A DNA stretch of 64,000 bases. Source: Squalus acanthias. Lineage: Eukaryota. Where the stretch lies: assembly GCA_030390025.1 (NCBI GenBank), contig CM059431.1, forward strand, positions 147,438,001 to 147,502,000, written 5' to 3'. The notes beneath the pieces were generated by a model. That model saw nothing but the letters and a program-made list of their open reading frames with translations. It had not been told where the DNA came from and searched no databases. Numbering within the stretch: position 1 is the first letter of the stretch; every line of letters starts with the position of its first letter. Positions 50,425 through 62,376 of the stretch are shown in pieces. A program made the translations under genes and the position numbers.

Positions 50425-52124
50425 GCCATATCACACTTGGAGTAATGTGCACAGTTCTGGTCTCCATATCACACTTGGAGTATGGTGCACAGTTCTGGTC
50501 TCCATATCACACTTGGAGTATGGTGCACAGTTCTGGTCTCCATATCACACTTGGAGCACTGTGCACAGTTCTGGTCTCCATATCGCACTTGGAGCACTGT
50601 GCACAGTTCTGGTCTCCATATCACACTTGGAATACTGTGCACAGTTCTGGTCTCCATAACACACTTGGAGCACTGTGCACAGTTCTGGTCTCCATATCAC
50701 ACTTGGAGCACTGTGCACCGTTCTGGTCTCCATATCACACCTGGTGTACTGTGCACAGTTCTGTTCTCGAAATCACACTTGGATTTACTCTGCACAGTTC
50801 TGATCTACATATCACACTTGAAGTTACTGTGCACAGTTCCGGTCGCCATATCACAGTTGGAGCTGTGTGCACAGTTCTGGTCTCCATATCACACTTGGAG
50901 CACTGTGCACCGTTCTGGTCTCCGTATCACACCTGGTGTACTGTGCACAGTTCTGTTCTCGAAATCACACTTGGATTTACTCTGCACAGTTCTGATCTAC
51001 ATATCACACTTGAAGTTACTGTGCACAGTTCCGGTCGCCATATCACACTTGGAGCAGTGTGCACAGTTATGGTCTCCATATCACACTTGGAGTACTGTGC
51101 ACAATTCTGGTCTCCATATCACATTTGTAGTAAGTTGCACAATTCTGGTCTCCATATCACACTTGGAGCACTGTGCATTGTTCTGGTCTCCATATCACAC
51201 TTGGAGCACTGTGCACAGTTCTGGTCTCCATATCACACTTTTGTACGGTGCACTGTTCTGGTCTCCTTATTGCACTTGGGGCACTGTGCGCAGTTCTGGT
51301 CTCCATTGGTGTTCTGAGCACAGTTCTGGTCTCCATATCACACTTGGAGAACTGTGCACAGTTCTGGTCTCCATTGGAGTACTGAGCACCGTTCTGGTCT
51401 CCATATCACACTTGGAGCACTGTGCACCGTTCTGGTCTCCATATCACACTTGGAGCACTGTGCACAGTTCTGGTCTCCCTATCACACTTGGAGCACTGTG
51501 CACAGTTCTGGTCTCCATTGGAGTACTGTGCACCGTTCTGGTCTCCATATCACACTTCACGTTACTGTGCACCGTTCTGGTCTCCATATCACACTTGGAG
51601 CACTGTACAAACTACTGGTCTCCATATCACACTTGGAGTACTGTGCACAGTCCTGGTCTCAATATCACCCTTGGAGCACTGAACGCATTTCTGCTCTCCA
51701 TATCACACTTGGTGCACTGTGCACACTTCTGCTCTCCAAATTCACTCGCAGTACTGTGCACAGTTCTGGTCCCCATATCACACTTGCAGTACTGTGCACA
51801 GTTCTGGTCTCCATATCACACCTGGAGTACTGTGCACAGTACTGGGCTCCATATCACACCTGGAGTACTGTGCACAGTTCTGTTATCCAAATCAAACTTG
51901 GATTTACTCTGCACAGTTCTGATCTACATATCACACTTGAAGTTACTGTGCACAGTTCCGGTCGCCATATCTCACTTGGAGTACTGTGCTCAGTTCTGGT
52001 CAGCATATCATATTTGGAGTAAGTTGCACAGTTCTGGTCTCTTTATCACACTTGGATTAATGTGCACAGTTCTGGTCTCCATATCACACTAGGATCACTC
52101 TGCACTGTTCTGGTCTCCATATCA
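50425..52124 (+). repeat. 38-bp minisatellite array (duplicate of 40373-42072)
   Basis: Offset 10,052. Confidence 0.92.
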
Positions 52125-52515
52125 CAACACAAGCAGGATCCCATATACTTTATTAACCACTTTTTTAACCTGTCCTGCCACTTTCAAAGATTTGTGCACC
52201 AACACCCCCAGGTCTCTCTCTTCTTGCACCCCCTTTAATATTGTACCATTTCGCCTGAATTGTCTCTTCTCATTCTTCCGAGCAAAATGTATCACCTCAC
52301 GCTTCTCTGTGTTGAAATTCATCTGTCATGTGTCCGCCCATTCCACCAGCTGAACCTCGGGTCTGGAAGGGCCAAGGTTCCAGCTCAATGTCTAGGCCCA
52401 GCTATCTCTCCTGCAGCGAAGGGTACAGATGGATTAGTCATTCAGAGAGATGCCCACCGTATTCTACACCCATTGCACAACTGGCCTTTGCTACTGGGGT
52501 TTCCCACCTCTCTAC

Positions 52516-54227
52516 CAGCCGTGGCTCAGTTGGGTAGCACTCACGCCTCTGAGTCAGACGGTTGTGGGTTCAAGTCCCACTCCAGAGACTTGAGCACAAA
52601 AATCTAGGCTTACACTCCAGTGCAGTACTGAGGGAGCGCTGCACTGCCGGAGGGGCAGTACTGAGGGAGCGCTGCACTGCCGGAGGGGCAGTACTGAGGG
52701 AGCGCTGCACTGTCGGAGGGCTAGTACTGAGGGAGCGCTGCACTGTCGGAGGGCTAGTACTGAGGGAGCGCTGCACTGTCGGAGGGACAGTACTGAGGGA
52801 GCGCTGCACTGTCGGAGGGGCAGTACTGAGGGAGCGCCGCACTGTCGGAGGGGCAGTACTGAGGGAGCGCTGCACTGTCGGAGGGGCAGTACTGAGGGAG
52901 CGCCGCACTGTCGGAGGGGCAGTACTGAGGGAGCGCTGCACTGTCGGAGGGGCAGTACTGAGGGAGTGCTGCACTGACGGAGGGGCAGTACTGAGGGAGC
53001 GCTGCACTGTCGGAGGGGCAGTACTGAGGGAGCGCTGCACTGTCGGAGGGGCAGTACTGAGGGAGTGCTGCACTGATGGAGGGGCAGTACTGAGGGAGCG
53101 CTGCACTGTCGGAGGGGCAGTACTGAGGGAGCGCTGCACTGTTGGAGGGGCAGTACTGAGGGAGCGCTGCACTATCGGAGGGGCAGTACTGAGGGAGCAG
53201 CGCACTGTTGGAGGGGCAGTACTGAGGGAGTGCTGCACTGTCGGAGGGGCAGTACTGAGGGAGCAGCGCACTGTCGCAGGGCAGTACTGAGGGAAAGCTG
53301 CACTGTTGCAGGGCAGGACTGAGGGAGCGCTGCACAGTCGGAGGGGCAGTTCTGAGGGAACACTGCACTGTTGGAGGATTAGTGCTGAGGGAGAGCTGCA
53401 CTGTCGGAGGGGCAGTACTGAGGGAGCGCCGCAGTGTTGGAGGGGCAGTACTGAGGGAGCGCTGCACTGTTGGAGGGGCAGTACTGAGGGAGCGCCGCAC
53501 TGTCGGAGGGGCAGTACTGAGGGAGGGTTAAACTGTCGTTGGGGCAGTACTGAGGGCGCGCTGCACTGTAGGAGGGGCAGTACTGAGGAAGCACTGCACT
53601 GTCGAAGGGCAGGACTGAGGGTGTGCCACACTGTCAGAGGGGCAGTACTGAGGAAGCGCTGCACTGTCGTAGGGCAGGACTGAGGAAGCGCCGCACTGTC
53701 AGATGGGCAGCACTGAGGGAGCGCCGCACTGTCAGAGGGGCAGTACTGAGGAAGCGCTGCACTGTTGTAGGGCAGGACTGAATGTGTGGCGCACTGTCGG
53801 ACGGGCAGTACTGAGGGTGTGCTGCACTGTCGTAGGGCAGGACTGTGGGTGTGCTGCACTGTCGTAGGGCAGGACTGTGGGTGTGCTGCACTGTCGGAAG
53901 TGCCATCTTTCAGATGAGACGTGAAACTGAGTCCCCATCTGCTCCCTCAGGAGGACGTTAAAGATCCCATGGTACTATTTGGAAGAAGAGCAGGGGAGTT
54001 ATCCCCGGTGTCCTGGGGCCAATATTTATCCCTCAACCAACATCACCAGAACAGATTCTCTGGTCATTATCACATTGCTGTTTGTGGGAGCTTACTGTGC
54101 ACAAATTGGCTGCTGCCTTTCCTACAACAGTGACCTCATCTCAAAAAATTTTCATTGGCTGTGAAGCGCTTTGGGACGTCCTGAGATCGTGAAAGGCACT
54201 GTAGAAATGTGAGTCTTTCTTTCTGTC
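52516..54227 (+). mobile_element. Duplicate SINE with the 33-bp expansion
   Basis: Copy of 42464-44175. Confidence 0.8.
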
Positions 54228-55538
54228 TGCTCGGAAAAGGAAGGCTGCAAAGTGACCTGATAAGGGCTTTAAGATTATGAAGGGGTTTTAATATCTTCAG
54301 CAAAACTGTTCCGATTGTTTTCGATATATATATATTACTCAAACACAAACCTTAGGAAGGATGTGAAGGCCCTCGAGAGGGTGCAGAGGAGATTTACCAG
54401 AATGGTTCCGGGGATGGGGGATCTTAACTACAAGGACAGGTTGGAGAAGCTGGATTTGTTTTCATTAGAGCAAAGGAGGTTGAGGGGTGATTTGATAGAG
54501 ATGTACAAGATTATGACGGGTTTGGATAGGCTCGACGGGGAAAGGCTATTCCCACCAATTGATGGTACAAGGACTAGGGGACACAGATTGAAGGTTTTGG
54601 GCAAGAGTTACAGTGGGATGTGAGGGAAAAACCTTTTTACTCAGCGAGTGGTGAGGACCTGGAACTCGCTGCCGATGGAAGTGGTGGAAGCGGAGACACT
54701 CAATGTTTTCAAGGGGAGACTGGATAGGCACTTGAGGGAAATAAACTTGCAGGGCTACGGGGATAGAGCGGGGGATTAGGACTGACTGGATTGCTCTACA
54801 GAGAGCCGGCACGGACTCGATGGGCCGAATGGCCTCCTTCTGTGCCGTTATGACTCTATGACATTGTTTCCTACAAGTTTGTCAGTACAAACACACCCCT
54901 CCTTTTAAAAACGGGTAAGGGTTGCATTCGCTGTATCCCCTCTAAAACTTGCTTTCAACATTTGCCTGTTTTTAATCATCGTGTCCGTGCTGGCCAATAA
55001 AGAGCTATCCTGCCTAATCCCACTTTCCAGCTCCTTATCCGTAGCCCTGTAGGTTACAGCACTTCAAGAGCATATCCAAGTACTTTTTAAATGTGGTGAG
55101 GGTCTCTGCCTCTACCACCTTTTCAGGCAGTGAGTTCCAGACCCCAACCACCCTCTGGGTGAAGAAAGTTCTCAACTTCCCTCTAATCCTTCGACCAATT
55201 ACTTTAAATCTATGCCCCCTGGTTATTGACCTCTCTGCTAAGGGAAACAGTTCCTTCCTATCCACTCTAACCAGCCCCTCATAATTTTATACACCTCAAT
55301 TAAATCTCCCCTCAGCCTCCTCTGTTCCAAAGAAAACAAACCCCAGCCTATCCAATCTTTCCTCACAGCTAAAATTCTCCAGTCCGGGCAACATCCTCGT
55401 AAGTCACCTCTGTACCCTCTCTCAAGCGAATACATTATTCCTGTAATGTGGTGACCAGAACTGCATGCAGTATTCTAGCTGTGGCCTAACTAGTGTTTTA
55501 TACAGTTCTGGCATAACTTTCCTGCTCTTATATTCTAT

Positions 55539-55721
55539 AGTGAGAAGTCGCACAACACCAGGGTATAGTCCAACAGCTTTATTTGAAATCACTTCACCTG
55601 ACGAAGGAGCAACGCTCCGAAAGCTTGTGATTTCAAATAAAGCTGTTGGACTATAACCTGGTGTTGTGTGACTTCTCACTTTTGTCCACCCCAGTCCAAC
55701 ACCGGCATCTCCGCATCATGG
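55539..55721 (+). ncRNA. Duplicate Penelope hairpin with an intact minimal hammerhead (55594-55630)
   Basis: TCAC-CTGACGA-A-GGAGC-AAC-GCTCC-GAA-AGCT-T-GTGA with a perfect stem II. Confidence 0.8.
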
Positions 55722-58700
55722 CTTATATTCTATGCCTTGGCAAATAAAGGAAAGTATCCTGTATGCCTTCTTAACCACCTTAACTACCTGTCCTGCTGCC
55801 TCAGGGATCTGTGGACCTGCACTCCAAGGTCCCACTGTTCCTCTACACGTCTCAGTGTCCTACCATATTCCCTTCCCTTGATAGCTCTCCCCAAACGCAT
55901 TACTTAACACTTCTCCGGATTGAATTCCATTTGCCACTGTTCTGCCCACCTGACCAGTCCATTGATATCTTCCTGCAGTCTACAGCTTTCTTCCTCACTA
56001 TCAACCACATGGCCAATTTTTGTATCATCTGTAAAATTCTGAATCATGGCCCCCCTACATTGAAGTCTAAAACATCGATATATGCCACGAAAAGCAAGGA
56101 ACCTAGTACGGAGCCCTGCGGAACCCCACTGCAACCAGCCTTCCAGACACAAAAACACCCGTCGACCATTACCCTTTGCTTCCTGCCACTGATCCCTTTT
56201 TGGATCCAACTTGTCACTTTCCCTTGAATCCCCTGGACTTTTACTTTTCTGACCAGTTTGCAGTGTGGGACCTTATTAGAAGCCTTTCTAAAGTCCATGC
56301 AGACTACATCAAACGCGCTACCCTCCTTGTGTCCTCCTCAAAAAACTTTCTTTCAAGAATCTGAACATTGTCTCAGTGCTGGCCTTCTCGAGAAAAAGCA
56401 CAGAGATCAAACCAATCCGATGCCCGTCTATTATCTGTCGATCGGCTCCTTTTCTTTATTCCCGAAAGTTCAGCTCCTGTTATCTATATATATTTACAAT
56501 CCAATCATGTGCTCTTTTCCCAGATTAAACAATCTCCACTTTCATTTTCGTTCACTAAGTAACAGGAGTGGCTTTCGCTGAATTTGAATTGTGGTGTGCC
56601 CTTTGAACGCAGTCGGATGCTTTGCAAATATATGTCGGGAGATAAAGACTATCTATGCAAACAATGCTAGGTGTGGTATTGTAATGGGTAATGAATAAAT
56701 CCAATAGCGAATTCAGAAGAAACTTCTTCACCAGAACAAAAGAAAAATACTGCGGATGCTGGAATAAAAACAGAAAATGCTGGAAATAGGGAAAGTCAAG
56801 CGAAAGTCTTTCTTGACCATCCTCATTTAATCTTTGGAAGCGGAAACAGAGAGAGAAGACAAGGGCAATGCAGTAGATGTAATTAACCTAGATTTTCAAA
56901 AGGCCTTCAGTCAGGTACCACATAATAGAGGAATGAATGAGGTCAGAGAATTCGGAGTCAAGGGACAAGTAGCAGATTCGATAGCTAGCTGGCTTCAAGA
57001 CAGAAAGCAGAGAGCAGGGGGTAAAGGGTAGCTATTCAGAGTGGCAGAAGGTGGATAGTGGTGTTCCACAAGGATCAGTGATGAGACAGCTGTTGTTTAC
57101 GATTTATATTAACGATTTAGACTTTGGAACCAAAAACAGAATTTCGAAATTTGCGGACGACAACAAATTGGAGGGTGTCGATAATGAGGAGGACACAATA
57201 AATTAAAAGAAAGAAAAGGAAAGAGATGCATTTATATAGCGCCTTTTCCAACCACCAGACATCTCAAAGCGCTTTACAGCCATATAACACTTGGAGTAAT
57301 GTGCACAGTTCTGGTCTCCATATTACACTTGGAGCACTGTGCACAGTTCTGGTCTCCATATCACACTTGGAGCACTGTGCACAGTTCTGGTCTCCATATC
57401 ACACTTGGACTACTGTGCACTGTTCTAGTCTCCATATCACACTTGGAGCACTGTACACAGTTCTGGTCTCCATATCACACTTGGAGCACTGTGCACAGTT
57501 CTGGTCTCCATATCACACTTGGAGTACGGTGCACAGTTCTGGTCTCCATATCACACTTGGAGCACTGTGTACAGTTCTGGTCTCCATATCACACTTGAAG
57601 TTACTGTGCACAGTTCCGGTCACCATATCACACTTGGAGTACTGTGCACAGTTCTAGTCACCCTATCACAATTGAAGCACTGTGCACAGTTCTGGTCTCC
57701 ATATCACACTTGGAGCACTGTGCACAATTCTGGTCTCCAATTCACATTTGGAGTAAGTTGCACAGTTCTGGTCTCAATTTCACACTTGGAGCACTGTGCA
57801 CAGTTCTGGTCTCCATATAACACTTGGAGCACTGTGCACAGTTCTGGTCTCCATATCACACTTGGGGTACTGTGCACAATTCTGGTCTCCATATCACATT
57901 TGTAGTAAGTTGCACAGTTCTGGTCTCCATATCACACTTGGAGCACTGTGCATTGTTCTTGTCTCCATATCACACTTGGAGTACTGTACACAGTTCTGGT
58001 CTCCATATCACACTTGGAGCACTGTGCACAGTTCCGGTCTCCATATCACACTTGGAGCACTGTGCACAATTCTGGTCTCCGTATCACATTTGGAGTAAGT
58101 TGCACAGTTCTGGTCTCCATATCACACTTGGAGCACTGTGCACAGTTCTGGTCTCCATATCACACTTGGAGCACTGTGCACCGTTCTGGTCTCCATATCA
58201 CACTTGGAGTACTGTGCACAGTTCTGGGCTCCATATCACACCTGGAGTACTGTGCACAGTTCTGTTCTCCAAATCACACTTGGATTTACTCTGCACAGTT
58301 CTGATCTACATATCACACTTGGAGCACTGTGCACAATTCTGCTCTCCATATCACATTTGTAGTAAGTTGCACAATTCTGGTCTCCATATCACACTTGGAG
58401 CACTGTGCACAGTTCTGGTCTCCATTGGAGTACTGAGCACAGTTCTGGTCTCCATATCACACTTGGAGCACTGTACACCGTTCTGGTCTCCATATCACAC
58501 TTGGAGCACTGTGCACAGTTCTGGTCTCCATAACACACTTGGAGCACTGTGCATAGTTCTGGTCTCCCTATCACACTTGGAGCACTGTGCACAGTTCTGG
58601 TCTCCATTGGTGTACTGTGCACCGTTCTGGTCTCCATATCACACTTCACGTTACTGTGCACAGTTCCGGTCTCCATATCACACTTGGAGAACTGTACAAA

Positions 58701-58756
58701 GTATTGTTCTCCATATCACACTTGGAGTACGGTGCACAGTTCTGGTCTCCATATCA

Positions 58757-59331
58757 GTCGGTTAATTCCGGGGATGAGGGGGTGGACATACGAGGAGAGA
58801 TTTAATAGATTGGGACTCTACTCATTGGAGTTCAGAAGAATGAGAGGCGATCTTATTGAAACATATAAGATTGTGAAGGGGCTTGATCGGGTGGACGCGA
58901 TGAGGATGTTCCCAATGATGGGTGAAACTAGAACTAGGGGACATAATCTTAGAATAAGGGGCTGCTCTTTCAAAACTGAGATGAGGAGAAACTTTTTCAC
59001 TCAGAGGGTAGTGGGTCTGTGGAATTTGCTACCCCAGGAAGCTGTGGAAGCTACTTCATTAAATAAATTTAAAACAGAAATAGACCGTTTCCCAGAAGTA
59101 AAGGGAATCAGGGGTTACGGGGAGCGGGCTGGAAATTGGACATGAGTTTGAGTTCGGATCGGTCAAGGCCCTGTGGGTGGCGGAGCGGGCCCAGGGGCCG
59201 AGTGGCCTGGTCCTGCTCCTACTTGTGTTTTTTAGAGTTGAGGTTGGATCAGATCAGCCATGATTTCATTGAATGGCGGAGCAGGCTCGAGGGGCCGATT
59301 GGTCTACTCCTGCTCCTAATTCTTATGTTCT
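58757..59331 (+). mobile_element. 5'-truncated CR1 inserted into the 38-bp array
   Basis: TSD TATCA; open ORF2 C-terminus RLIPGMRG..GNWT*; TTCTTATG tail. Confidence 0.88.
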
Positions 59332-60651
59332 TATCACACTTGAAGCATTTTCACAATTCTGGTCTCCATTTCACATTTGGAGCACTGTGCACATTTCTAG
59401 TCTCCTGATCACACTTGGAGTACTGTGCACAGTCCTGGTCTCAATATCACACTTGGAGCACTGAACGCATTTCTGCTCTCCATATCACACTTGGTGCACT
59501 GTGCACAGTTCTGGTCTCCAAATCACACTTGGAGTTACTATGCACCGTTATGTTCTCCATATCACACTTGTGGCACTGTGCATAGTACTGGTCTCCAAAT
59601 CATACTTGAAGTATTGTGCACACTTCTGCTCTCCAAATTCACTCGGAGTACTGTGCACAGTTCTGGTCTCCATATCACACTTGCAGTACTCTGCACAGTT
59701 CTGGTCTCCATATCACACTTGAAGTTACTGCGCACAGTTCCGGTCGCCATATCACATTTGGAGTAATTTGCACAGTTCTGCTCTCCATATCACACTTGGA
59801 GCCCTATGCACAGTTCAGGTGTCTATATCACACTTGGAGTACTGTGCACAGTTCTGGTCTCCATATCACACTTGGAGCCCTATGCACAGTTCAGGTGTCT
59901 ATATCACACTTGGAGTACTGTGCACAGTTCTGGTCTCCATATCACACTTGGAGCACTGTGCACACTTCTGGTCTCCTTATCACACTTGGATTAATGTGCA
60001 CAGTTCTGGTCTCCATATCACACTTGGATTAATGTGCACAGTTCTGGTCTCTTTATCACACTTGGATTAATGTGCACAGTTCTGGTCTCCTTATCACACT
60101 TGGAGAACTGTGCACAGTTCTGGTCTCCATGTCACAATTTGAGTACTCTGCACAGTTCTGGTCTCCATATCACACTTGTAATACGGAGCACATTTTTCGT
60201 CTCCATATCCCACTAGGATCACTCTGCTCAGTTCTGGTCTCCATATCACATTTGTAGTAAGTTGCACAATTCTGGTCTCCATATCACACTTGGAGCACTG
60301 TGCACAGTTCTGGTCTCCATTGGAGTACTGAGCACAGTTCTGGTCTCCATATCACACTTGGAGCACTGTACACCGTTCTGGTCTCCATATCACACTTGGA
60401 GCACTGTGCACAGTTCTGGTCTCCATAACACACTTGGAGCACTGTGCATAGTTCTGGTCTCCCTATCACACTTGGAGCACTGTGCACAGTTCTGGTCTCC
60501 ATTGGAGTACTGTGCACCGTTCTGGTCTCCATATCACACTTCACGTTACTGTGCACAGTTCCGGTCTCCATATCACACTTGGAGAACTGTACAAAGTATT
60601 GTTCTCCATATCACACTTGGAGTACGGTGCACAGTTCTGGTCTCCATATCA

Positions 60652-61226
60652 GTCGGTTAATTCCGGGGATGAGGGGGTGGACATACGAGGAGAGATTGAG
60701 TAGATTGGGACTCTACTCATTGGAGTTCAGAAGAATGAGAGGCGATCTTATTGAAACATATAAGATTGTGAAGGGGCTTGATCGGGTGGACGCGATGAGG
60801 ATGTTCCCAATGATGGGTGAAACTAGAACTAGGGGACATAATCTTAGAATAAGGGGCTGCTCTTTCAAAACTGAGATGAGGAGAAACTTTTTCACTCAGA
60901 GGGTAGTGGGTCTGTGGAATTTGCTACCCCAGGAAGCTGTGGAAGCCACTTCATTAAATAAATTTAAAACAGAAATAGACCGTTTCCCAGAAGTAAAGGG
61001 AATCAGGGGTTACGGGGAGCGGGCTGGAAATTGGACATGAGTTTGAGTTCGGATCGGTCAAGGCCCTGTGGGTGGCGGAGCGGGCCCAGGGGCCGAGTGG
61101 CCTGGTCCTGCTCCTACTTGTGTTTTTTAGAGTTGAGGTTGGATCAGATCAGCCATGATCTCATTGAATGGCGGAGCAGGCTCGAGGGGCCGATTGGTCT
61201 ACTCCTGCTCCTAATTCTTATGTTCT
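60652..61226 (+). mobile_element. Duplicate of the CR1 insert at 58757
   Basis: Same junctions and TSD, offset 1,895. Confidence 0.88.
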
Positions 61227-62376
61227 TATCACACTTGAAGCATTTTCACAATTCTGGTCTCCATTTCACATTTGGAGCACTGTGCACATTTCTAGTCTCC
61301 TGATCACACTTGGAGTACTGTGCACAGTCCTGGTCTCAATATCACACTTGGAGCACTGAACGCATTTCTGCTCTCCATATCACACTTGGTGCACTGTGCA
61401 CAGTTCTGGTCTCCAAATCACACTTGGAGTTACGATGCACCGTTATGTTCTCCATATCACACTTGTGGCACTGTGCATAGTACTGGTCTCCAAATCATAC
61501 TTGAAGTATTGTGCACACTTCTGCTCTCCAAATTCACTCGGAGTACTGTGCACAGTTCTGATCTCCATATCACACTTGCAGTACTCTGCACAGTTCTGGT
61601 CTCCATATCACACTTGAAGTTACTGCGCACAGTTCCGGTCGCCATATCACATTTGGAGTAATTTGCACAGTTCTGGTCTCCATATCACACTTGGAATACT
61701 CTGCACAGTTCTGCTCTCCATATCACACTTGGAGCCCTATGCACAGTGCAGGTGTCTATATCACACTTGGAGTACTGTGCACAGTTCTGGTCTCCATATC
61801 ACACTTGGAGCCCTATGCACAGTTCAGGTGTCTATATCACACTTGGAGTACTGTGCACAGTTCTGGTCTCCATATCACACTTGGAGCACTGTGCACACTT
61901 CTGGTCTCCTTATCACACTTGGATTAATGTGCACAGTTCTGGTCTCCATATCACACTTGGATTAATGTGCACAGTTCTGGTCTCTTTATCACACTTGGAT
62001 TAATGTGCACAGTTCTGGTCTCCTTATCACACTTGGAGAACTGTGCACAGTTCTGGTCTCCATGTCACAATTTGAGTACTCTGCACAGTTCTGGTCTCCA
62101 TATCACACTTGTAATACGGAGCACATTTTTCGTCTCCATATCACACTAGGATCACTCTGCACAGTTCTGGTCTCCATATCACAACACAAGCAGGATCCCA
62201 TATACTTTATTAACCACTTTGTTAACCTGTCCTACCTCCTTCAAAGATTTGTGCACCAACACCCCCAGGTCTCTCTCTTCTTGCACCCCCTTTAATATTG
62301 TACCATTTCCCCTGAATTGTCTCTCCTCATTCTTCCGAGCAAAATGTATCACCTCACGCTTCTCTGCGTTGAACTT

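Larger units (their letters stand above)
37930..58030. repeat. Tandem segmental duplication, two copies with period 10,052 bp
   Basis: ORF pairs offset by 10,052 (40145/50197, 42510/52562, 47174/57226); offset is 10,058 left of a 6-bp indel near 38955/49013. Confidence 0.95.
57280..62182 (+). repeat. Long 38-bp minisatellite array with a 1,895-bp tandem duplication and two CR1 inserts
   Basis: ORF pairs 58549/60444, 59136/61031 and 59425/61320 are offset by 1,895. Confidence 0.92.

Noticed and set aside
37484..62182. CRISPR-like array (38-bp palindromic repeats)
   Set aside because: Repeats are head to tail with no unique spacers, there are no cas genes, and the context is vertebrate
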